Source: Trichosphaerium sp. ATCC 40318
Taxonomy: Eukaryota; Protista; Tubulinea
DNA: 64,000 bases
Direction of reading: 5' to 3'
Assembly (NCBI GenBank): GCA_038496445.1
Contig: JALMLS010000210.1
Span: 1 to 64,000 of the forward strand
Shown here piece after piece: positions 1 through 11,373 of this stretch (the first letter of the stretch is position 1; every line of letters begins with the position of its first letter). The translations under genes and the position numbers were made by a program. The notes under the pieces were generated by a model that ran no database searches, was not told the DNA's origin, and worked only from the letters and a program-made list of their open reading frames with translations.

Positions 1-1201
1 AAACTGGATAATTCATTCGTTGAGTATGCAACTGTACTGTCATCGTCTATAGAAGCTTTAGATGCATCAGATTTGGATAGTGGCTTAGAGTACATCCGGT
101 TTACCTTAACACAGCACTCAAATCACTGTGCCTGTAAATGAAAAGTAGCTTATCGCATAGCAGGCCATGTTCTATTGCAAACGCCGCGGTATTCGTGCGA
201 TTTGATTGCATGCATTACAAGGTAATTAATACACTACAAAACGGTACTAACGTAAACTAGCACGCGTGGCGTTATCTATAAGGCTACTAAAACAGCTTCT
301 AAAAGAAAGTATGTCTTAAAATGCAAAACGCACTGCACAAATATCGTGGAGGATAACAACCTTTTTCAGAGTGTTTTAAATATCTAAACAATCTCAGAGA
401 GTCTAAAAAAACCAGTTCGCCGCTTTTGACACTTTCCATTTCACTGAAACTACTTTAAAAAATGTTATATTCTAACCTAAGTTTAGGCCCGTGGAGTAGC
501 CATACAAGCCTCCTTTGATTGCAAATATATTTTGAGTCCAGTGAGGACTCTATCTACGTCACGACTCGGATTTTGTGTCATTTTCGCCAGAGCTTCTGGA
601 AATGTGGGTCAGATTGCCACTCTAACTGGCAACACAATAAAGCTCATTTTAGCCAGCGTATTAGTGGCTTTACGAGCACTCCATAAAAGAACATATGTCA
701 TGGGGCTATCAAAGCGTCAAGTGTCATGTATGATGGTAAAATCAAGTTGTCTAATTTTGATGCTGCCGAGCAGCTTGATAATGTTGACTTCCCGGTCTAC
801 ATGAAAAAAAGAAACGGACGATATTATTTCGCTAGCCGCTATGACTAAAGACCTTGCCAGAAGTTCAAGGCACAACTTAACAAAAATGAAAGGAAGGAAC
901 TTTACGGTTTCGTAAAAGCATGTAAAGTGCCAAACCAAACGCCAAACAGATTATTATCGACTCCATTTCTGGTGGACTTTATTGCAAACTGACTTGGTTT
1001 GGTTTCAGGTCAACGTTAACTTTGAAAAAATGTCATCAAATAAAAACTCTTGTACATGTTCTAGCTACTTATTTTTCTGAATTGTGAAGAGTACAAATCT
1101 TGCGTTATGGTCTTAACATGAATGTAATAACGTCAACAAATTTAATGAGTTGGAGCATTTATATTTACAGTCAGTATGCTCGGTAATTGGTAAAATCCTT
1201 T

Positions 1202-4200
1202 TTATAAGTTGTTGTCGGCTTCTTGTTCTTTGTCTGATGGTGTCTTTTTAGGACCAATCTATTCAATTACATTAGAAATAATAACTTTTAATACTGTATA
1301 AAACGTACCAAAGAGAGTACTACAGGAAGTAACACTAGAGCATGCAATACACCCAAAAGTGTTATGCTGAAAAATTGACGGAAGAAAACTTGAAAGATGA
1401 ACGACTTCGAAAACGCTAGTACAAGTACAGCTAAAAATGTTGATACAGCGCCATTCAATACTGCTCCGCCAACATCAACAAGCTTTAAAAACACCAAGAG
1501 TTAGCAAATAAAACAGCAAAGACACTTAAAATCAAAACGAGTAAAAAAAGAAACAAAAAAGAATACTTACTGCTTTGTAAATCCTTTCATCATTGCTTCC
1601 ACTCTCTTGTAGGTACGCATGGCCAATATGAGTTGAATAATCGACTGCAATACCAACCGCAAGAACCAAGTTAATAACGGACACCTAAACCCACGTGGGT
1701 CAGCACAAAACACAAAAATGTTGTAAATTGTTTTTCGAATACGTACAACGTCTAGATTGATACTCCATAGCCACATGACACCAAAAATATCGATAAGAGT
1801 CATCAACACACAAACAAATACAGTCTAGGAAAAAAAATGAGCTACTTTGCAAATCTCGAAGTGTTTTGTTTCCTTGTACGCACTACTGACACAAAAAGGT
1901 TTCCTAGTAGTAGAACAGTGACTATGAATACCGCTGCAAGTGCTAGTAAGAGATTGACAAGAATCTCTCTTTGGATGATGGCATATTGATCAAACTCCAA
2001 AAAGCTGAAAGAGTAAGGGTATGCATGAAGTCCTGAGTTGTCCACTGTGTTTCTGATACTTCTTGTAGCATCTACTTGATCAAGTGCTTTAGTAAGTGCA
2101 ATCAATCTAGAGTACATCCTAGAAGCACGAATAGCTGTTTGAGAACCTGAATAAAGTCAGAAATCATGAAACTTGCAGTACATTATTTGTTTTCTAGTAC
2201 ATACCATTTTGGAACGTGATGTCATTGCTGTATCTTGCTCCTTCTGTCAAAAGCCAAGAGCTGAGTGTGGAGTGCCATGTTTCGGTATCATTTGGGGCTT
2301 GATTCGTACGATTAAGGTAGCCTTCGAAATCTATAAACCATCCAGTAACAGCTAAAAAAAACCATTTAGTTGTTGATCTTTGTACAAGAGGCTAGTCGTA
2401 CATGATTCGACAAACTCGTTCGAATTGACTTCTTCTATCATCCCCAGAACCCTGTCCTTCATTTCAAAATGATCAAACTCTCTGGTGACAAGAAAAATTG
2501 GTACTCTGTCATCTTGGAAGAACGAATCTTCTACCTCAGAGTATTCTAAAAAACAGTCTTAGAACCAGACAAGGTCGAAAGCCAAAAAAACGTACCTAAA
2601 GCATAAGAATCACTTGGCAAGAAAAATACAGGATCGAACTCAGGTTGTGTTTGGATGACACCGTAAATACCAATACCCAAAAATACAATGAACACGAAAA
2701 TCTGTGAAAGACTATTAGGAAAAATATCTGGTGTGACAGAAGAAAAAGCTGACGTACAACGATAACTTTGGCGATGTTCCACTTTAATAGGTATTCAGCG
2801 TAATAATGCCAAACTCGTCCGACGAAAGTCTCTAATTTGCCTGCTTTCTTTTCTTCTTCAGAAGGCTTATTAACACTGCAACAACAACATTCTCTCCTGC
2901 GGCCTTTCTGGCGACGTGTATCAAGTGCCAAAATGGCTGTGAATAGTGTAACTTGAAGCAAGTATACTAGAGCCACACCAATAGATGCGTATTTACAGAA
3001 TGAACTGAGAGCAGGTAATACAGTAATACTACCAATAGCAAACGCAAGTAAATCGGTCAATGATGTTACAGTAACTAAATTGTGAGTAAGCACAAAACAT
3101 CAACTCCAAAACTCAAAACGTACTTGCTGCACCAGCAGAGCTAAGCGCTGAAGCAACGCGCTTTACACTTGAATCTTTTGGGTTTGTACGATCCAATGCG
3201 TTTACGCTAAAGAAAGTTAGTACTGGTAGAGTTAAGCAAAGGTTAAAAAAAGAACTGGAAAAAAAGCTAAACTAGAAAATCAAAGTGTTGATGACGTACA
3301 TGATGAACATATCATCTACACCAATACCAAGTAACAAAAAAGGTAATACAGATTGTACAGGTGCGTAGAAAAAGCCCATGGCAGATGCAAGACCAAAAGA
3401 TCCACCAACACCCATGCCAATAGACAAGATACCACACAAAGGTACGACAACTGAGAAAAAAGTAAGAAAATTGTACCGAATCAAACTCCGAGAGATGTAC
3501 CTCGTGTCTTAACTGTATGTAGTTTTGTGAACATGAGAAGGACATATGATATGATCAAGAAATATCCAATACCCAAAAGTTGTAGATCTCCACTTAGAGC
3601 ATTAGAAAACTCATCACCAAATGATTTCTACAAAAAAAAAATTAGTAGGCGATGTTGAAATAAAAAACACGTGCCTCAGCGTTTGTAAATAGTTCAAAAT
3701 TTTCAAAGTTTACGTTCAAGGTAAGCGCAAGGAAAACATCTTCTTCCCAGGTTGTCGCTGGTAAATCTACAAAATCGCCATTCTGAAAAACCTCCCTGTT
3801 CTCAAGTGTGTACGAAAAGAAAAGTGCTCTACCGCTAGCACGACCGTTTTCCTCAGTGTAGCCACTAATCAAAGCCTTTAAGTCAGTATCATTGACTACA
3901 GCATTGGCAACACTTTGTTGGACATCTGGATCATTATTTAAAGCGATCTCATCGAAATCCCAGACGGACTAAAAAATATTAAAAAATTCATTGAAGACTT
4001 AAAAAAAAATCATAGGTCGGTTTTTGATCCCACCAAAAAAAAAACGTACCAGTATTGATCTTAGGATACAATTATAGAAAGAGTCTTTTAAACAAAGAGA
4101 AGTAAAATTCCACTGTTCGCCTTCCACCTATTTTATTGTGAGTTGTTTCTAACGTGTCTAACGTACTACAGAAGTAGAATGTATGGTTGTTTTTACGTAC

Positions 4201-4599
4201 TGTGATTGTCGTATTCACGATTTTGTCATGCAACTCCAGAAGCTCTAAAAGGGCGGCTTTATTGATCACATTTGTTCCAGTCGCTATATACTCCTCGAAT
4301 CTTGGCGCTCTGTTGAAATTACTCCGGAAATCGCCTAAAGTTAAAACTGCTTCGCTATGGTGTCTTAGAAAAGCAAAATAAACACGCACATACCTGTTAC
4401 CAGGTACCCAGAGTCTCTCTTCTCGATTCTCTTGTTCAAAGTTAATAAACCCAATCATCAACGCTCCAACCAATGCAAAACTCAATACGATAACCAATAT
4501 AGGATGCTCTGCATCAAATTTGCCGACTTGGTAGAAAAACCATTGAACGCCTTTCTCAGACTTCTTGGCAGCATAATTTACGAACCCACACTTCTTCAT
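1202..4599 (-). CDS. Patched/NPC1-family (PTCHD-like) sterol-sensing-domain RND membrane protein, multi-exon
   Basis: Spliced minus-strand exons give an N-terminal TM then 'ENREERLWVP', the SSD motif 'PFLLLGIGVDDMFI', 'VTSLTDLLAFAIGS', 'FFLPSDSY', second-half 'LAVGIAVDYSTHIG' and C-terminal 'LGVLHALVLLPVVLSLIGP'. ATG 4599, TAA 1202-1204. Confidence 0.92.
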
Positions 4600-5308
4600 T
4601 GCGGCGAGTGGTGCTTCTTGTGTTAGTTATGGAGAAATGACTTTTGAATACCGCCGAAAGACCGAAAACACTCTTAAACGGTACCCTTAACAACGTTATA
4701 TACGTGTTAGGTTAATATAAGCCACGGTTATTTTTCTCCGCGTACTATGTTACGACACATGTTCAACGAAAATTTTCGGACAAGTACAAAAAAATAAAGC
4801 CGGTTTAGAACAATTTGGTAAACTTGTCAGTATGACTGTAATGCCATTGTGGTGTTTAGTACGCCGGATGCAAAAAACACCGGAACCGGCGTTTTCCTTT
4901 GTAAAAGTGGCGGAATACTATTGCTCGTTTTACAACGTCACGGGCTCGAAAAATCCGTTACATACACGTCGCAGGGTAAACAAACAATAGAACTAGTGGA
5001 GCTATTCTTGAATTCAATGCGTACATGCATGGAAAAATTCTCAAAATTACGATACAAAAAAAACGTGATTTTTCCGGTTGAAATGCATAGAATGAACAGA
5101 AAGTGGGTGCATGTAATTTTTTACAAATCTAGAATTATACATTCAATACTTTGGAAGATACTGAGACAGGTATTTATTCACAAGCGTCAGCCACAAGTTC
5201 GAGTTTTTGAGATAGAAAAAAGTTTGCATTTTGAAATCGAAATATCTCCTTGATAGTGTCTTGCTATATGGAAGATCAGCACAAGATCCCCACATGAACA
5301 ATCATATC

Positions 5309-5383
5309 TTTTGAAAAGCCTCCGCCCCACCCGTTGAATAATATTCATTTCCAGGCGAGTACATCTCAGGCATTGTTCCAAAA
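5309..5383 (-). promoter_or_regulatory. Candidate SECIS element (type II-like, non-canonical core) in the 3' UTR of the SelU-like gene
   Basis: About 90 nt after the stop: TTTTGGAA-CAATGCCTGAGAT-GTACTCGCCTG-GAAA-TGAAT-ATT-ATTCA-A-CGGGTGGGGC-GGAGGC-TTTTCAAAA. It has a lower stem, GA on both strands, an upper stem, unpaired AAA and an apical mini-stem. Confidence 0.6.
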
Positions 5384-5475
5384 CGCAACGCTCTCTTAGT
5401 TTTTTTTGTATTTTTTTTTGAACTTGTGGCTCTGACTGAGGATTTTCTCGTCCTCCTCTATCTCTAATCTTTGTA

Positions 5476-6408
5476 TTATCCTTTCACAGCCTTCTCTGCT
5501 GCTTCTAGAATATCTTCATTCTTTGGTGTATCAATAAAAAAGCCTTGTAAATGAGTATAGCTGGTTTTTGGACCAGGTCCAAAAACAAAAGTTCCACCGA
5601 GAAAACTAAGAATATTAGAATCTCAAAAAACGTGGTACAATACGTACGGATCTGAACCATTCATGTTCCCTTTAGGAATACTTCCACCAAGCTCAGCTTT
5701 TAAAGCTTTATTCAGTCTACCTAGTTTAGGATACTTCCATACTATAGAATAAAGGTAAGCTTGGCGATCAAGATAAAAGTTATTACGAGATAAAGTCTTT
5801 CGAAAACTTTCGCATTTCTCCGCGAAACTCTGTTTAAACTGTTGTTCTTACCTTTCATTAGATCTACAAGTCCACCGGCTTTTTGAGCTTGAGCGCCCAA
5901 GGCCTTGTGTAAGGCGTAGTCGTTGGCAAGAAATGCTCGACCAGGCCAAATATTTGTTTGAACGAACTCGGCTGCGCCAAGGTCAGTGCCAAAGACACCT
6001 AGTTTTCTGTTATTGATCGTTCGGAATTAAATTGTTTCTATGGATCATCAAAATGCCAGCATATTGTTAAACATAATGTGAAAACGCGTACCAATGAGTT
6101 CTACACCAAGTTCTTCGAGTTTGGGTTGTATTTGTGCTAAAACGGCTGCTTCGCCTCTGGTCCACTGTCACCCAGATCTACGTGAACGTTAACGCCACAT
6201 ACAGTGCTTGAAGTAGGATTACCTTCGAAACAACCTTAAAACTATTGGTTTTTCACCGTACAAACTCTCTAGCGTGCAGTTTTCGCCATTAGAGCCATCC
6301 TTTATTGTAAGATAAGTATAGCAATAACGATCGATAAATAACCTCTTTAGAGAGCTCTGTGAGCTCAACATTAGCAATTTGGTCAAAGAAATCGCTCTTC
6401 TCCGCCAT
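5476..6408 (-). CDS. Selenoprotein U-like / PRXL2A-family (AhpC-TSA_2) thioredoxin-fold protein with in-frame TGA (putative Sec) at 6168-6170
   Basis: Six GT-AG-joined exons read MAEKSDFF...KPIVLRLFRRSG[TGA]QWTRGEAAVLAQIQPKLEELGVELIGV...GNMNGSDPFLGGTFVFGPG...EDILEAAEKAVKG*. This matches the SelU/PRXL2A pattern RRxG(U/C)xxCREEA ... GGxFVxG. Missed by the ORF track. Confidence 0.88.
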
Positions 6409-6716
6409 GTTTGGATGATTGAAGTGTTTTTTGATTTATGTGCTGAACTTAAAACGTTAATCCGAATTAATGAGTATTCTGGTAGCGTACTCAGTTTATA
6501 TGTGTCTCAGTATTTATTTTAACCATACTTGTCTTAATTGACTATGTTGCCCCAAAATGTTCAGTATTTTTCTAGTACAACGGAATAGCATCACCAATTT
6601 ACATTAATAATTAAACGCATAGTTGTTAGAAATCAAAAAGTGTAGTCTTCTGTCATATACAATCAACTTCTGTCTATTGCATTATAACCGCACAACAGTA
6701 CGTATACGATATACAG

Positions 6717-8609
6717 ATGAACACGCCGCCACGACCGTACAGAAAGCACTCAGCTCGTAAAAGCGAGCGTAAAAAACGCGTCATCAAGGTGGGTAGTTCA
6801 TTTCGCGCGCAGTTAGATCAAAAACTAACTCCAAAAAGGCGACAGATTACCGAACGTTGCGAAATAACGCTGCGCCGCAGTTACGATTCGTTACAGATGA
6901 AGAAGCCGATGATTGGTGGCAAGCCGCTTCACTTGTACGCCTGTTCGACTTTTTTGAGTTTTTGCGCTAGTTACGTATTTACAACGTGTAGGGTAACGTA
7001 GCTTCAGTCAAGGATGTAATAACAGCGCTTCAGAAGCGACAAGCTTTATCTTACTTTGAAAAGTGCACGCTACGGTACTACGTAGGTACGTACAACGCTG
7101 ATCCTCATTTTTAAACCGCTTATCATGCTCACTTTCAGAGAAGATCACAGACGGACAAAGCAACTAGAAAAATCCAAGTTTATAACGTTCGTTGCAGCGT
7201 TTGGCGATTTGGACACTTATTTGCAAAACGTATAACAGAAAGAAAAACCAAAAATGAAATATTAAATAGTGAATTAGGCTTGTGCACTTTTTGACGAACG
7301 TTGCTTTGTTGGACATCTCAATGCTGCTGATGCAAGTCTTATATTAAAAGGACAACCTCTTGGTACCTTCTTGGTTCGATTCAGTGCTTCAGACCAGCAC
7401 CTAAGCGCAAGCACGTGAAAGACATGTGTTTTCTTTTTTTTTTTTTGCGCTTTTTATTTTTTTTTTTGGGTTACAACGAGCGGTGGATGTCTGATTTTTT
7501 GGTTGTAGGTTATATTGATGGAAGCGCACGCGTGAACCATTTGAAAATTTTTTTGAGAAAAGGGAAGTTTACTATCCGTACGGGAGAGGTTTTTGCGAAA
7601 CTATACGCTGTCTTGAACCACTACAGAAGCTACTTGCGTTTCGAGTACAGGATGGGACTATTACTTAAACACAGGTACGTATTGTGACCACCCTATGTTG
7701 TTTAAGATTATGTTATCTCGTTATTAACGAATTGTAAGATATTTTGTTGTTGATTGTAATCAACGACAAGCTCAGCTCATATTGGCCAAGAAAAAAGTAG
7801 GAAGGTATGATAAATAAGATCATTGATGGTTAACACACCGTACTTACTTTTTTAGTTTTTTGTTTCGTCTTGGCAAGGTGCCCTGTAATATTGTACTAAG
7901 TTACAAAGTTAATGAAAATGAAATAATTCATCAAAACTTGCCCATGACAGAGAGTAGAGGTTCCCTGAAGTTTCATTTCGGTGAGCACAAGCATGATAGT
8001 CTTATTGATATAATGCGGACACATTCAAATGAATTAAAGTACCCTCAAGAGATTGGTGCACGGATGCCAATACGCACGTGTTTCTGCCTACGTTTGACTA
8101 ACTTTTATCAGAAATAAGCAAGCTCCGTGAGTATGCGATGTATGGTACTGATTTAGAGATGGAAATCTCAGCGCTAGAAGTACCTGCCTGGCTTGGTGCT
8201 ACTGATAATACAACAATGCTACGTGCGGTAGAGACATTGTTGTTATTGTGTTCTGAACGAGGTACACTAAAAATTTTATTTATGTATTAAGCTATCTTGT
8301 ACTTACTTAATATGCCTAGAAATGCAGAATATTATTGCCGACCATAATAGAATGGATTTTATAATATCGTTGCTTGAAGGAGAACACAGTCCTGACCCAG
8401 AAGTAGCAAAGAACTGCAGAAAACTAGTACAAGTCTTTCAACAAAATGGTAAAATATTTTCTTTTTCGTTTCGAACTTAACATTTTACGCTAGCCAAACT
8501 TAAAGAAAAGCTTAAAACAGAGTCACCTGTAAAGCAGTTAAAGTCACCTAGAGGTTCACTATGTAAAAAGACATTAATACGAAATGCAACGAAGTACACA
8601 AAAGTATAA
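6717..8609 (+). CDS. Tandem SH2-domain protein, multi-exon
   Basis: SH2 #1 'FVGHLNAADASLILKGQPLGTFLVRFS...SYIDG...VNHLKI'; SH2 #2 'YFVVDCNQRQAQLILAKKKVGSFLFRLG...VLSYKV...IIHQ'. Preceded by a helical region ('DEEADDWW...FITFVAAFG') and followed by a helical C-terminus. The first intron boundaries are uncertain. Confidence 0.8.
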
Positions 8610-9089
8610 AACAAAAAACCTCAACAAGACGGCTTTGTTTTATTGGCCAAGTGTAACTATTGTGTAAATAAATAACAACGAAGCAAACATTTTTTTAATG
8701 ATAAATGTCAAAAACCGGTTTGGTACCCTTTTTACTGTGTTTAACTTAAAATCTTAGGCATTCTTATATCATCGAAGCCCTACCCGCAACTAAAGCTATA
8801 CACATACGCTGCGCATCAAGGAAAAGGCACGGCAGAGTACATTCATAATTTCAGAATTCTACACCGAAGCTGGAAAAAAACGGACCTTTCAATGATACAA
8901 TAATCTGGGATAGGCGAAATACAATCGACGCTTATGGATGCTAAGCAAGCTAGGATGTCAAAGTAAATTCGCAACAAATGGTTTTAAAAGTTGTCACGTG
9001 ATATTATAGTGAAGTTAGAATAAAAGCGGAATCAAAAAAGAAACAATACGGTTTGTTTAATACTTACATTATACACATAAGTCATACAA

Positions 9090-9933
9090 CTAAGTATTTA
9101 TCAACAGCCCGTTTCTTTGCCATCTCTTCCACACTTGCGTTTTACTGTCAATGTTAGTAGTATGTGCCATTTGTTGGCCATTGTCATACCACATCTTGTA
9201 CTCTCCTATCGTCTTACCTTCGCTATAAAAGCCCTCCTTCGACATTTGACCATTTTCGTACCAATTATAACTCTTTCCTTCTTTACGATCTTTTACGTAA
9301 TAATCGCTCGCTTTTAATTGCCCACTTGGATACCACTCCTTGTACTCACCTCCCAATTTACCATCAACATAATGACTACACTTACGCAGTTTACCATTGT
9401 GGTACCAATGTTTACACTCACCATCTAGTTCCCCATTGACATAACGAGCTGTACAACTCAACTTACCATTATCATGCCATGTACAACTATCTACCAGTTC
9501 ACCATTAAAGTAGTTAGCCTTTTCCCACATTAATCCATTTTCATGATAGGCTGTGTACTCTCCGTCAAGGTTACCTTCAACATAAAAACATAGCTCTTCT
9601 AACTGGCCGCTAGAGTACCACAGCTTGTTCTCTCCATGGAGTTTTCCGTGTGAAAAAGTCTGCTGCTGAACAAGGTGCCGTGTAAAGCAATTTTCACGCA
9701 GCCATTTTCCGTGTTTTCTCAGCTCCCCATCGAATCTTGTTGTAGTTGCAGTGCGCTTGGATAGCTCTGGCCACTTTTGGCGTACTTCTATGTCTAAATA
9801 TATTATATCAAGCTGTAGCTCAAACGGAAGGCGTAAAAGACCGTTTTGTAAAGAAATTTCGACACCTAACTATTTTTCTAGTTAGACACTTCGAAATAGT
9901 ATTTTTACGCGGTACGTTGCCTTGTAATGCCAT
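9090..9933 (-). CDS. F-box-like + MORN2 (YwqK-like) repeat protein, copy 1
   Basis: Short first exon MALQGN, one intron, then 'LLRLPFELQLDIIYLD...KWPELSKRTATTTRFDGELRKHGKW' followed by repeats of 'GKLxGExKxWYxNGQL'. Confidence 0.85.
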
Positions 9934-10119
9934 CCAAGCTAAATAAAACGAAGCGTGTTCGTTTGTAGATTAAAACCCTTTAAGACGGACGTAAATCGCT
10001 TTTTTTACAGCGCAGAACACCTAACACTCTTGCTTGTATCAAAATAAAAGAGTATTTTTTTGACAAAAAGAACGGGTCACTGTAACCAAATTTACAGTTG
10101 GCTTGCCCTGGACCGAAAT

Positions 10120-10510
10120 ACAACTATGGAGGACGTAGGCGAGGGGTTACACTTTGTTTACAAATATTTTGTGCACTTGAATTCTTCGAAATCATTTTGT
10201 GTGTTTCTTGAACGCTGTTTACAGTTGATAGTAACATAAGCAGTAGGGTGAGCAGTGCCATGAGAGTCCATTGGCGCGAATTGCTGTTAAGGGTTTTTGT
10301 TTGTTTTTTGTTATTCCTGCTCGTTTTTTGTGGAATCGTACGTAGCCTGAACGACCTTGCTATTATCTGGGCACCCGCCCAACCAATAACTTCGCAACAA
10401 GCTTGAAGCACCAATACTTCGCCATCGCCACCGTGTAACATCTCTGCCGTTAACCAATCGTTACCGTTGCCCAGGGTACACCAAACGAGGAGGTGTGTTA
10501 CGTCGTACCC
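10120..10510 (-). other. Possible small unknown coding region or gene fragment
   Basis: GC-richer open segment 'YDVTHLLVWCTLGNGNDWLTAEMLHGGDGEVLVLQACCEVIGWAG' with intron-like breaks; no recognisable family and no clear start. Confidence 0.2.
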
Positions 10511-11373
10511 CTATTTTTTTGACAGAAAAAACAATAAAAACGATTGACCATTCATTAAAAGTTTGGGAAAATCATAAACAAGAGCGATTGTAGAAGCAAT
10601 TGAAACATTAACACCCTTTGATGATCTTTTGTTATCACGTGATCAAAACGTGATACTTAAGTGAAAACTCCGCGTTTTTTGCACCCTTTTGCACTGTTAA
10701 ACCTTTCTACTTTAGCTCAGATGCTCGATCTTACGTGCACATACAAAGAGGAACCTCGAGAAAAAGGGGCGCTTTGTATTTTTGGAGTTTTGCTTTTTTT
10801 GTTGAAAATAGCTTCTTCTGAAGTAATCAAGTTTCGCAAGGAAGAGTTACAAAGCTGTGTAAAGTTTCAAAAACTTCTCTATGCTCCTCATTGCCTTGCG
10901 TAATAAAAACTTCACTGGTACAGTAGTTCATTATCGCACCATCATCCCAAAAAACGTTCCGTGTTTGAGATTGATCAAAGGTAGCTATGTACTAACTTCA
11001 TCAGTCTACGCAATAAAGTTGTTTCGCCAATACGAATATGCTACTTATAGGCATTAAGAACTTCCTTTAAAAAATGCTGGGTTAGTCTCTGTGCGCAACA
11101 GTACCACGCGTTAATTACAAACCGTGGCAGGAGGGTTTGTGAACCTCGAGATTTTTTACCCCAATATGTTCGAGATGGGTCGTGTTTTCGGTCCGCTATT
11201 ATCGGCCGATATCTATAATGCTCTTCTAAGTACATTTACATAGTATAAACCTTATCCGCCAAGTTAAACTTGCGGACAAGTTTGTGTGATTCGTGTGAAC
11301 AACTCTGCGTTCTAAACACGTAACTTAACCTACTGAAAACAATACAAAAACCAAACAAACAAAAACAAACACG

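Noticed and set aside
1-1010. Coding-like minus-strand segments with in-frame TGA codons
   Set aside because: No recognisable family, redox motif or coherent exon chain; more likely a decayed gene than Sec or a variant code, since other genes terminate normally at TGA.
8697-8712. 16-nt match AATGATAAATGTCAAA also near 61657, both close to MORN genes
   Set aside because: AT-rich, and on different sides/orientations relative to the genes; not supportable as a transposon end.
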